Notes: generated by a model from the letters alone, not told the origin. A DNA stretch of 64,000 nt from Candidatus Latescibacterota bacterium (GCA_963662665.2 CAXXJS010000020.1:166510-230509), one strand, 5' to 3'. Shown: positions 37,605-47,933, counted from the stretch's first letter. Translations and numbers: made by a program.

Positions 37605-40034
37605 GTGTCATTCCGAATAGTTCGTCACATCCAACGATACTGTAAAAGTTTACCTCCTTCTGGTTTTGTGCTTTTTTGCTTCGGCTTCTATGTTGCAGTG
37701 CCACTCGAAGCCACAACACAGCAATACGCCAACGAGCTATGTGAAACGGCGGTAGGGGAGGCCGGTCACATTAGCGTCGAGGAGAGTCTGGAGGGTTTCC
37801 GTAGAGTCTTGAAGGCCGATCCTGACCACGCGCCTGCTCACTATGAGATAGGCAAGTTGTACATGTCCCTTGACACGCCCATGGATCGCCAGAGCGCGCG
37901 AAATGCATTAGACATTGCGATTCGGCTCGATCCAGGCAACGGGGACTATCAAATGAAGCTCGGTGAGTTACTCGGCAAGCAGGGGCTCTGGCTAAATGCG
38001 GAAAGGCATTATGAGAAGGTATATGAGACCCATCCTGAAAAACGCGCCGAGGCCGCATACATGGCGGGTTTTTTCGCAATGCAGACGTTCCTGAAGTATA
38101 TCGATTTGGAGCATGTAGATATCGTTCAAGGAACGATGGGCGAACCTGATACGTATCATCTATTTCGCTGGGAGGAATACGGAGGGCGCGAACGCGAGAA
38201 GGCACTGGAATTCTTGATAAAGTGCATCGAGGCCGATCCGGGTTATCGACAACCACATTACGATTTGGGATTGATCCACTTTGAGAGCAAGAACCCCAAA
38301 GGATTGGTAACGGCATCAAAGCTTTGTCTTGATCAGTATCCCGAGGATAAGGACGCGCTGCTCTATTGCGGTCTGGGATACCAGGGGATGGAAGAATGGG
38401 AGGCTGCCCATGGGTATTACGTGCGCGCGTTGGAGCGAATGTCTGCGGAGGAACGCGCACTAATGGAGTCGGTGGACCTGATTGCAAGCCAGGAGGAACT
38501 ATCGGCGCTTGATTCAATTGCAACGACCGGAACGACCCCAAATAAATGGACAGATGACCATGAGCGGGTGCTATTCTGGCGGAAACGCGATCCACTTCAC
38601 CTTACCGCATTCAGCGAACGACGGATGGAGCACTATGGACGCGTGGCGTATGCCAATCTCCGGTATGGGCGACGCCTGAAAGGGATACCGGGATGGCAAA
38701 CAGACCGCGGGAAGGCACATATCAAATTTGGGCGCGCGGTTAAGAAGAGGGCAAGGCGAATTGAAATCCCAGGAGGTGTTGACTCGTTCAACGGCGAGTT
38801 CGGCCGAACGATCCAGGGAGGTGATAAGGTCTGGTTCTATGAGGGATTTTCCATCTCGTTCGTCAACAGCGACGGTCTGGATTCGTGGCGTTTCGACACC
38901 CGTCCCGGCCGGGTTTCGGGTCGATATACGTTCGATCAGGAACAACCTCATTTTCGTGATCCTTATCGACTAAGCAAATACAGAGTCCCGTATCAGATTG
39001 CAAGCTTCAAAGAAGGAGACCGCTGTCGCATTGAACTGGCGTATGCACTGCCGAAATACAATGTATCCGCCTCGGATGCGGAAAGCGGTCTTGATTTGGA
39101 GAATGGCGTGTTTGTGTTTGACGAGGAGTGGGCCGAGGTGTATCGCAAGCGTTCAGATATTAGCCTGAGGTGGCCAGAGTTGACACCGAGCGGGTATCCC
39201 AATGCAGACAGCTTGCGCATAAGTCATCTGGTGTTACAGTTGGCGTTCGAGGTGCCGCCCGGCAGGTATAACGTGATAGGCGAGGTGCGGGACGGTAAGC
39301 GGGGGTCGATCGGGACGTTTCGTGAGGAGCGTAGCTTTGCGACCGCGGACTCTATGTTGTCGATGAGCGATCTGCTGCTGGCGACACAGATTGAGACGGG
39401 ATCGCCGTTTCCGGAGAAACGAAGCCACCTCAACGTGGTGGCGAATCCACTGCGGACTTACCATCGCTCTGAGCCAGCGTTTATCTACCTGGAAGTGTAT
39501 AACCTGGAGCGGGACGAATTCGGTCGTTCCGAGTACGAAATCGCGTATCAAATAGCCCAGCCAGAACAAGAGAAGATCGGTCCGAACCTGTTTATGGCTC
39601 AACGGTTGCCAGATGGCGGCAGGCAACTGGAGGTAACGCGTGAAATCAGGACTCGGGAGTCGGGAATGCGTCGGCCGGAGCGAGCGGCGGAGGAAGAAGA
39701 TGAACCTCAGGGGGGTATACCCGTCACGCCGCCAGTAGTCGTTCCGGACCATGTTGATGCGCATAGGAAAGATGAGGTGACGTACCGGGCAAGGTTTGTG
39801 TTTCCGGAAGCGGATGAACTTGCCAGCCGGATCAAGACGATGGGTAAAAACAAAGACGGGGTGGCGACGACGATCACGGCGCGGTATGAGGGGAACCGCG
39901 GGGACGACTTCACGTATCTGCAGATTGACCTGACCCACGTGCCTGCAGGTGTGCACCGTGTATCGGTACAGGTCAAAGACATAAATAATGATCAGATAGT
40001 ATCACGCAACGCGTTGTTGCGCGTGATTGAGTGA
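37605..40034 (+). CDS. Exported TPR + GWxTD domain protein, copy 3
   Basis: AGGAGG RBS and GTG 37605; GWQTDRGKAHIKFG; unique long insert near the C-terminus; ends LRVIE. Confidence 0.88.
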   Translation: MSFRIVRHIQRYCKSLPPSGFVLFCFGFYVAVPLEATTQQYANELCETAVGEAGHISVEESLEGFRRVLKADPDHAPAHYEIGKLYMSLDTPMDRQSARNALDIAIRLDPGNGDYQMKLGELLGKQGLWLNAERHYEKVYETHPEKRAEAAYMAGFFAMQTFLKYIDLEHVDIVQGTMGEPDTYHLFRWEEYGGREREKALEFLIKCIEADPGYRQPHYDLGLIHFESKNPKGLVTASKLCLDQYPEDKDALLYCGLGYQGMEEWEAAHGYYVRALERMSAEERALMESVDLIASQEELSALDSIATTGTTPNKWTDDHERVLFWRKRDPLHLTAFSERRMEHYGRVAYANLRYGRRLKGIPGWQTDRGKAHIKFGRAVKKRARRIEIPGGVDSFNGEFGRTIQGGDKVWFYEGFSISFVNSDGLDSWRFDTRPGRVSGRYTFDQEQPHFRDPYRLSKYRVPYQIASFKEGDRCRIELAYALPKYNVSASDAESGLDLENGVFVFDEEWAEVYRKRSDISLRWPELTPSGYPNADSLRISHLVLQLAFEVPPGRYNVIGEVRDGKRGSIGTFREERSFATADSMLSMSDLLLATQIETGSPFPEKRSHLNVVANPLRTYHRSEPAFIYLEVYNLERDEFGRSEYEIAYQIAQPEQEKIGPNLFMAQRLPDGGRQLEVTREIRTRESGMRRPERAAEEEDEPQGGIPVTPPVVVPDHVDAHRKDEVTYRARFVFPEADELASRIKTMGKNKDGVATTITARYEGNRGDDFTYLQIDLTHVPAGVHRVSVQVKDINNDQIVSRNALLRVIE

Positions 40035-40067
40035 TCGTGTGCAGAAATAGGGACAGGAGGTCATGTA

Positions 40068-42389
40068 ATGTCACTTTTGATAGGTCTTCCCATCACAGAA
40101 AGACGGCGTAGAAGGTTGACTATTTCTGCTGCTGTGCTCTGTTGTTTCGGATTCTCTTTCGCGACACCGATTGCGGCTGGCAAGAAGCAGTATGCTGATA
40201 CTCTGTATCAGACAGTGTTGGTGCAAGTCGGAAGTGTATCGTTAGAGGAGAGTCTGGATGGGTTCCGCGCAGTATTGAAGGCAGACCGGAACCACGCACC
40301 GGCTCACTACGAGATGGCGAAATTGTATATGTCGATGAATACGCCGCTTACCCGCCAGAGCGCGCGCAAGGCGCTTGACGAGGCGACTCGGCTGGAACCG
40401 GGCAACGGAGACTATCAATTGATGCTCGGTGAGTTGCTCGGCAAGCAGGGACTGTGGTTGAAGGCGGAACGGCATTACGAAAAGGTTTGTGAGACCCATC
40501 CTGAAAGACTTGCCGAGGCGGCGTACAGGGTAGGCTTTTTTTCCATGCAGGCGTTTCTGAAGTATATCAATCTGGAGCACGTGGATATCGTCATCGGGAT
40601 GGGCCCACCAACGTATCACCTGTTTCGCTGGGAAGAACACGCTATGCGGGATCGGGAGAAGGCGTTGGCATTCCTAGTAAAGAGCATCGTGGCAGATCCT
40701 AAAAATCGAGACGCGTATTACGATTTGGGACTGATACATTTCGAAAGCAAGAATCCCAAAGGATTGGTAATGGCATCAAAGCTTTGTCTTGATCAATACC
40801 GCAAGGATAAGGACGCGCTGCTCTATTGTGGGTTGGGATACCAGGGGATGGGTGAATTGGAAACTGCCCACGAGTATTATATGCGTGCGTTGGAGCGAAT
40901 GTCGGCGCAGGAACGCGCTCTGATGGAGTCGGTGGACGAGATTGCAAGCCAGAAGGAACTATCGGCGCTTGTTTCAATTGCGACGACCGATAGGACCCGA
41001 ATCGGATGGACGGATAACCGCGAGCAGGTGCTATTCTGGCGGAAACGCGATCCACTTCACCTTACCGCATTCAGCGAGCGGCGGATGGAGCACTATGGAC
41101 GCGTGGCGTATGCCAATCTTCGATATGGGCAGCGATTGAAGGGGATACCGGGATCGCAAACGGACCGAGGGAAAGCATATATCAAATTCGGACAAGCTCT
41201 CAACAAGAAAGCAACGCGCCTTGAAATCCCGGGAGGCGTTGACTCGTCCAATGGTAGGTTCAGTCGAAATATCCAGGGCGGTGACGAGGAGTGGTACTAT
41301 GAGGGATTTTCGATCTCGTTCTTCAACAGCGACGGTCTGGATTCGTGGCGTTTCGATACCCGTCCGGGGAGGGTCTCTGGTCGATATACGTTCAATCATG
41401 AACCGGCTCACTTTATGGACCCATATCGCCATCACAAGTACAGAGTTCCTTACCAGGTTGCAAGCTTTGAGGACGGGGAGGGCTACCGTGTGGAACTGGC
41501 ATACGCGCTACCGAAGTATAATGTGTCTGCCGCAAACGGGGACAGTGGATTTGTCCTGGAAAACGGAGTGTTTGTGTTTGACAACGCCTGGGACGAAGTA
41601 TATCGGAAGCGGTCTGATCTCGACCTGACGTGGCCTGAGCTAACACCAAGCGGGAATCCGGTTGTGGACAGCTTGCGGAATAGTCATCTGGTGTTTCAGT
41701 TGGCATTCAGGGTGGCCCCCGGCACGTACCATCTGGTCGGCGAGGTGCGGGAGCGGAAGCGCGGGTCGATCGGGACGTTCCGTGAGGAGCGTGGCTTTGC
41801 GATTGCGGACTCTATGTTGTCAATAAGCGATTTGCTGCTGGCCACGCAGATTGAGACGGGATCCCCGTTTCCAGAGAAGAGAAGGCACCTCAACGTCGTG
41901 GCGAATCCGCTGCGGACGTACCATCGGTCCGAACCCGCGTTCATCTACATGGAGGTGTATAACCTGAAGCGAGATGAGTACGGACGCACAGAATATGAGA
42001 TCTCCTATCGGATCGGCAGGCCCGGAGAAGAGGAGATCGATCCGTACCTGTTCCTGGCGCAGCGGTTGCCGGGAGAGGGCGAGGCATCGAATGTGGCACA
42101 GGTAAATGTGACGCGCAACGAGAAGCTGGAGATAACACTCGTGGAAGAAGCGCGAGAACCCGAAGACGATGAACAGGCCAGGCGGATCAGGGAAATGGCA
42201 CGCAGCGGAGAGGGCGCAGAAACGACGATCACGGCGCGGTATGAAGGCGACCGAGAGGATGATTTCACGTATTTGCAGATTGACCTGACTCACGTGCCTG
42301 CGGGTGTGCACCGGCTATCGGTGAGGGTCAAGGACACGCATACCGGCCAGACAGCGACGCGTGAAGAGTTGCTCCGTGTGATTGACTGA
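40068..42389 (+). CDS. Exported TPR + GWxTD domain protein, copy 4 (GSQTD variant)
   Basis: AGGAGG RBS; GSQTDRGKAYIKFG; ends LRVID. Confidence 0.88.
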   Translation: MSLLIGLPITERRRRRLTISAAVLCCFGFSFATPIAAGKKQYADTLYQTVLVQVGSVSLEESLDGFRAVLKADRNHAPAHYEMAKLYMSMNTPLTRQSARKALDEATRLEPGNGDYQLMLGELLGKQGLWLKAERHYEKVCETHPERLAEAAYRVGFFSMQAFLKYINLEHVDIVIGMGPPTYHLFRWEEHAMRDREKALAFLVKSIVADPKNRDAYYDLGLIHFESKNPKGLVMASKLCLDQYRKDKDALLYCGLGYQGMGELETAHEYYMRALERMSAQERALMESVDEIASQKELSALVSIATTDRTRIGWTDNREQVLFWRKRDPLHLTAFSERRMEHYGRVAYANLRYGQRLKGIPGSQTDRGKAYIKFGQALNKKATRLEIPGGVDSSNGRFSRNIQGGDEEWYYEGFSISFFNSDGLDSWRFDTRPGRVSGRYTFNHEPAHFMDPYRHHKYRVPYQVASFEDGEGYRVELAYALPKYNVSAANGDSGFVLENGVFVFDNAWDEVYRKRSDLDLTWPELTPSGNPVVDSLRNSHLVFQLAFRVAPGTYHLVGEVRERKRGSIGTFREERGFAIADSMLSISDLLLATQIETGSPFPEKRRHLNVVANPLRTYHRSEPAFIYMEVYNLKRDEYGRTEYEISYRIGRPGEEEIDPYLFLAQRLPGEGEASNVAQVNVTRNEKLEITLVEEAREPEDDEQARRIREMARSGEGAETTITARYEGDREDDFTYLQIDLTHVPAGVHRLSVRVKDTHTGQTATREELLRVID

Positions 42390-43748
42390 TGTCTTTGTTG
42401 TGGCGGACGCACAACAGACACTTAGGGCTGCACACCTGCAACGGTAAAGACGGTCGTTTTGATTTTGTGGAAGCTTCGGAAATCGATTGGTCCCGCTACC
42501 AGCACGGGAGGTATCAACATGTCATTCGAAAGAGATCATCGATTGCAGAGACTCTGTAACCGGATCGCATTTTCTGCTTCTGCGTTCTTGTGTTTCGTAC
42601 TCTTTTTCACCACACCAATTGCAGGCGCTAAGACTCACTCTGCCGACAGCCTTTATCAGACAGCGTTGGCGCGCGTGGGCAGCGTCGCGTTAGAGGAGAG
42701 CCTCGAGGCCTTTGGCGACGTTTTGAAGTTGGATCGGGACCACGCGCCGGCACATTACGAAATCGCGAAGCTGTATATGTCGATGGATACGCCGCTTACC
42801 CGCCAGAGTGCACGCAAGTCGCTGGACGAGGCGATTCGGCTGGAACCGGGCAACGGGGATTATCAACTGATGCTAGGCGAGTTGCTCGGCACGCAGGGAC
42901 TGTGGTTGAAGGCGGAACGGCATTACGAAAAGGTATGTGAGACCCATCCCGAAAGGTTTGCCGAGGCAGCACATATGGTAGGTTTTTTTTACCTGCAGGC
43001 GTTCTTGAAGTATATCGAAATGGAGCATATAGATATTATTACTGGAGGGGGGCCACCTACATATCACCTATTTCGTTGGGAAGAATTCGGTGCGCGCGAT
43101 CGGGAAAAAGCACTGGCATTCTTGACAAAAAGCATAGAGTCCGATCCTCGAAATCGAGCGGCGTTTTTCGATTTAGGACTGATACATTTCGAAAGCAAGA
43201 ATCCCAAAGGATTGGTAACGGCATCAAAGCTTTGTCTTGATCAATATCCCAAGGATGAGGACGCGCTGCTCTATTGTGGCTTGGGCTACCAGGGGATGGG
43301 TGAATGGGAGACTGCCCATGAGTATTATATGCGCGCGTTGCAGCGAATGTCGACTGAGGAACGTGCTCTGATGGAGTCGGTGGACGAATTTGCAAGCCAG
43401 AAGGAACTATCGGCGCTTGATTCAATTGCGACGACCGATGCGACCCGAAACGGATGGACGGATAGTCGTGAGCAGGTGCTATTCTGGCGGAAACGCGATC
43501 CACTTCACCTTACCGCATTCAGCGAACGGCGGATGGAACACTATGGACGCCTGGCGTATGCCAATCTCCGGTATGGGCAGCGATTTAGGGGAATACAGGG
43601 ATCGCAAACGGACCGTGGGAAGGCATATATCAAATTCGGACAAGCTCTCAACAAGAAAGCAACGCGCCCTGAAATCCCGGGAGGCGTTGACTCGTTCAAT
43701 GGTAAGTTCGGCCAAAATATCCAGGGGGGTGACGAGGTGTGGTTCTAT

Positions 43749-45446
43749 CCTGACCTATTCATGAATCGTCAGGGATTGCAGATTCGTGCAGCAGAAGCAG
43801 CTTTCGAGTGAGTCTAAGAACGCAGGAGAAAGCTGGCTGTGCGGAACTGGCGTTTTCAAGCGATTTCAGGGTATATTTTTGTAGCAGGGTCGCGTGTAGG
43901 CGTCAGGATGACCCTGCTGTGACTGCCAAGAGCACAGACTTCTCCATTGCTTTTGGTGGTAGCAATCAAGACGTGAAGGCGGCCTGGTCCAGATGGAAAC
44001 GTTATGGCATGGCGGTTCCCAGATTGTAGAGCATGGTTCGATAGAGGTGTTTGAGTGGAAACGCCGTTGGCAGATGGAACGTGATTTTGGTTTTCAGTTC
44101 ACAAACGCGCCCGGCGACTTTCAAGATGCGGTTTTGCAGCGTATTAAACTGGGCGTTCGTCCACGTGGTGCCGCGCAACCCGATATGGGCCAGGGCGTAC
44201 ACCAACACATAGGCGGCGCTGTGGAGAAAGAGCCGGAAGTGATTGGCGTGGAAGGTGTGGCAAGAGGTGCGATCGGAATGCAGAAAGGTCTTGTGATTCT
44301 TGATGAAGTTTTCCATCCTGCCGCGTGAACAATAAGCGGTTTTGTAGATGAATGACGGTTGTGCGCCGTTCAGGTTGGTGACCACGAATCGGATATTGTG
44401 ACCTTGCGGGGTGACTTCTGCCTTGCAGATGATGCGGCGTGGGGAAGACCAGCTGCCGGCCTGATAGTCCCAACAGCGATACAGGCGCACCGGTTTTCCC
44501 CCATCGGCATACAGCGCTTTGGCCTGGTCCATCAAGGGCTGTGCCAACCGCAGCAGCACCGCGTTTCCGCCTTGTCCGAGGATAAAAAACACATCGTTTT
44601 CGTCACACATCGTGTGTACTTCCGGACACGAAAAGTGTGAATCGCCACGCAACAGGATCTTGACATCGGGCCATGCGTGACGCAGGTAGGCGATCACCCG
44701 TTTTAGAATCGACACGATCTCTTTGCCCGTGGGTCGGCGGCCCGGACGCAAGACCGTCGTGATCAACTTGCCGGTTTGCCCTTCATAGATATGCAGGGGT
44801 TGGTAGCAATAGCCCTTGAAATACGCATTGAATAACGACAACTGCTGGGATCCATACACCTTGTCTTCCGTGTCATCGATATCCAACAGAATGGCCTCGG
44901 GAGGGTGCTTATACGAGGCGATAAACGCATCGGCAAAGGCCGTCGCGATCCGATATAAGTCACCTCTGGTGATCCGGTTCTCGAACCGACTCATCGTGGG
45001 TTGACTGGCCAGGTTGGCACCGGTGACCGGCAACCGATCGCAGGCCGCCTTGAAGCCGGGGTCGCTACGCAACGTATTGCAGTCGTTCGCATCCTCATAC
45101 CCACACGCCACCTGAAAGACACGCTGAGTCAGCAGGTCCACCGACGGGTGATCCACGTAACTTGGATGCCGACGATCTGTTATCGCCGCAACGATCCGAC
45201 CCAAAATGCCGATTTTGGACTCCACCTCTCGAAGCAGCATCGCCCCGGTGTCGCTGGTCAGCATGCCCCCGTCGAAGGTGGCTTCTACCCGTTTGCCAGA
45301 AACACTTGCGAAAGACATCCTTTGTTGTTTATCTTGACCTGCCACGGTAGTTTCCTCCCGGTTCATTGTTATCAGGTTATTCGCGTAACCATAATATAAT
45401 ACAATGACTTGGGTAAGGAAACTACCTTTTTTGTGAATTATTCAGA
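43749..45446 (-). mobile_element. IS1380-family insertion sequence (1698 bp)
   Basis: Imperfect terminal IRs CCTGACCTATTCAT / GTGAATTATTCAGA; 4-bp direct repeat CTAT at 43745-43748 and 45447-45450. Confidence 0.92.
44002..45366 (-). CDS. IS1380-family DDE transposase
   Basis: FDGGMLTSDTG, GYEDANDCNTLRSDP, LASQPTMSRFEN, LDIDDT, RGDSHF, YCSRGRMENFIK and DRTSCHTFHANHFRL. Confidence 0.95.
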   Translation of the reverse strand: MNREETTVAGQDKQQRMSFASVSGKRVEATFDGGMLTSDTGAMLLREVESKIGILGRIVAAITDRRHPSYVDHPSVDLLTQRVFQVACGYEDANDCNTLRSDPGFKAACDRLPVTGANLASQPTMSRFENRITRGDLYRIATAFADAFIASYKHPPEAILLDIDDTEDKVYGSQQLSLFNAYFKGYCYQPLHIYEGQTGKLITTVLRPGRRPTGKEIVSILKRVIAYLRHAWPDVKILLRGDSHFSCPEVHTMCDENDVFFILGQGGNAVLLRLAQPLMDQAKALYADGGKPVRLYRCWDYQAGSWSSPRRIICKAEVTPQGHNIRFVVTNLNGAQPSFIYKTAYCSRGRMENFIKNHKTFLHSDRTSCHTFHANHFRLFLHSAAYVLVYALAHIGLRGTTWTNAQFNTLQNRILKVAGRVCELKTKITFHLPTAFPLKHLYRTMLYNLGTAMP

Positions 45447-46591
45447 CTATGAGGGGTTTTCCATCTCGTTCGTCAACAGTGACGGTCTGGATTCATGGCG
45501 TTTCGATACCCGCCCGGGCAGGGTGTCTGGACGATATACGTTCAATCATGAACCGGCTCACTTTATGGACCCATATCGCCATCACAAGTACAGAGTTCCT
45601 TACCAGGTTGCAAGCTTTGAGGACGGGGAGGGCTACCGTGTGGAACTGGCATACGCGCTACCGAAGCATAATGTGTCTGCCGCAGACGGGGACAGTGGAT
45701 TTGTCCTGGAAAACGGAGTGTTTGTGTTTGACAACGCCTGGGACGAAGTATATCGGAAGCGGTCTGATCTCGACCTGACGTGGCCTGAGCTAACACCAAG
45801 CGGGAATCCGGTTGTGGACAGCTTGCGGAATAGTCATCTGGTGTTTCAGTTGGCATTCAGGGTAGCCCCTGGCACGTATTATCTGGTAGGTGAGGTGCGG
45901 GACCGGAAGCGGGGGTCTATAGGTACGTTCCGTAAGGAGCGTGGCTTTGTGACTGCGGACTCTGTGTTGTCGATGAGCGATCTGCTGTTGGCTACGCAGA
46001 TTGAGACGGGATCGCCTTTTCCAGAGAAGAGAAGCCACCTCAACGTCGTGGCGAATCCACTGCGGACGTACCATCGGTCCGAACCTGCGTTCATCTACCT
46101 GGAGGTGTATAACCTGAAGCGAGATGAATACGGGCGCACGGCATATGAGATCTCCTATCGTATCGGCAGGCCCGGAGAAGAGGAGATCGATCCGTACCTG
46201 TTCGTGGCGCAGCGGTTGCCGGGAGAGGGCGAGGCATCGAATGTGGCACAGGTAAATGTGACGCGCAACGAGAAGCTGGAGATAACACTCGTTGAAGAAG
46301 CGCGAGAACCCGAAGACGATGAACAGGCCAGGCGGATCAGAGAAATGGCACGCAGCAGAGAGGGGTTCGAGACGACGGTAACAAGCCGCTATGAGGGAGA
46401 GCGCGAGGATGATTTCACGTATCTGCAGATTGACCTGAGTCACGTACCAGTGGGTGTGCACCTCCTGTCGGTGCGCGTCAAAGACATGCATACCGGACAG
46501 ATGGCCACGCGCGAAGAAATGTTTCGTGTGATTGAGTGAGAATCGGTGTACCCCGAGAGTATCCGTTTCTGTGACAGAAGAGGCATGACTT

Positions 46592-47090
46592 TAGCGCCGC
46601 AAGGCGGGCAACCACAAGGATTGCCCCTACAAGACAGGAAACGGCGCGAGCGGATCCGCGGTCTCTCGCTTTGGCTTCTCACCCACTGCGCGGGCGGTGG
46701 TGGACTGTTCGCGGTAATCTGTTCAGCAACGCGGTTTTGCCTGATCAATTCATGAATTGTCGCGGTTAGCTGCTCTCTTCGCGAATCCGTCATCTCCGCG
46801 ACCGCACAATGGCCTGTGAAGCCGTGGCGGAAGCGTGTGTGAAGGTGGTGTACACATTCCTGTCTGCCCTTCTCGTGTTTACACAACGCTTCGTTCGACT
46901 CCCCCTCTCCTCGCAAGAGAGGGGGCCGGGGGAGAGGTCCTTCTGCCGGAATGCAGACAGAAGTGATCCAGTAGGTGGCGCCGTCGTTTTGCCGGTGGGG
47001 GAGACGGCGGCGAGCCGTGGCGTGTCTGAACACAGGATTTCGAGGTTCCGTGTTGATGTACGTGAGCAGACAAGAATGTCCGCTCCACCC
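46592..47090. repeat. Composite cluster of several REP-like elements between convergent genes
   Basis: GTAG-type copy (46592-46631, reverse); ACACATTCCTGTCTGCCC (about 46852) facing GAGCAGACAAGAATGTCCGCTCCAC (about 47064); CCCCCTCTCCTCGCAAGAGAGGGGG hairpin (about 46901-46925). Confidence 0.65.
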
Positions 47091-47128
47091 TTTCAAGCTC
47101 GCGTTCGATGTTTACATCACAGCCCGCG

Positions 47129-47932
47129 TCATTCAAGTCGGACGACGTCACCGGGCACTTTCAGTTCAAACCGGTCTACCGGAACGCCGGAGTTGACTTT
47201 CCGGCTGGCAACCTGAATGCGGATTCTGTCATTCCCCTGGATCATCTCCATTCTTCCGGGAAGAATCACGCCGTTTTGCCGCCGGTATTCCGACAGGATT
47301 CGGCGAGACAACAATAGCCCGTTGGGGGTGTAGACCCGTTCTTCGAGCAGGACGGCGGCGCGGGGGTCGAACCGAAGGCGGCGCGTCCACAGCGGTTCGA
47401 TGATTTCCAGGGTGAGACTGTCCGCGTGCGACGCGAAGCCGCCAATGCGGGCTAAATTGAGGGGGGAGAGGTTGACGAGGCCAAGCAACGCGTGGCGAAC
47501 CCCGTACGGCGCGAGATCGACGCCCGTGACAGCGCGTAACACGTCCTCCGAAGGTCCTACCAGGTAGTGGTTCGTCCTGGGCAGATAGACGGCCAGGGAG
47601 TCCGCCTGCGCGCGGGCAGACAGAACGCCAATGCCGAGAAGGGCATCTTTAATCTCGATCTTCAGGTGATCTGGCGATTTGTAGAAGAGTACGGCGAACC
47701 CCTTCTGTTTGACGCCGTCTATACGCATGTCGATTCCGGCGCGGACCTCGAGATCGACAAGGCTGTCGGCCCGCGAGGAAACGATGCGCAGCAGGTCCGT
47801 CGGGGTCTGAACCGGTCCGACCTGGGGGAGGCGGGAGAGGGATGCGGCGCAGCCGGAAATCAACAGGAAGAGAAGATAGAGGACGGGCGCTGGGGTGGGG
47901 GACCGCGTTCCGGACCGCAGATGGCGCGCCAT
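47129..47932 (-). CDS. DUF4292 / LolA-LolB-like fold lipoprotein
   Basis: Lipobox LLISGC; beta-rich body; C-terminal KVNSGVPVDRFELKVPGDV; adjacent to a TPR lipoprotein gene. Confidence 0.7.
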   Translation of the reverse strand: MARHLRSGTRSPTPAPVLYLLFLLISGCAASLSRLPQVGPVQTPTDLLRIVSSRADSLVDLEVRAGIDMRIDGVKQKGFAVLFYKSPDHLKIEIKDALLGIGVLSARAQADSLAVYLPRTNHYLVGPSEDVLRAVTGVDLAPYGVRHALLGLVNLSPLNLARIGGFASHADSLTLEIIEPLWTRRLRFDPRAAVLLEERVYTPNGLLLSRRILSEYRRQNGVILPGRMEMIQGNDRIRIQVASRKVNSGVPVDRFELKVPGDVVRLE

Positions 47933-47933
47933 T

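Larger units (their letters stand above)
42519..46539 (+). pseudogene. TPR + GWxTD domain protein, copy 5, split by an IS1380-family insertion
   Basis: The 5' part ends ...GGDEVWFY at 43748 and the 3' part resumes YEGFSISF after 45446. Removing the IS and one CTAT restores VWFYEGFS as in copy 3. Confidence 0.92.

Noticed and set aside
32642-46539. Diversity-generating retroelement or shufflon as the cause of GWxTD variation
   Set aside because: No reverse transcriptase, template/variable repeat pair with adenine-specific changes, invertase or inverted cassettes are visible. All copies are direct and full length.
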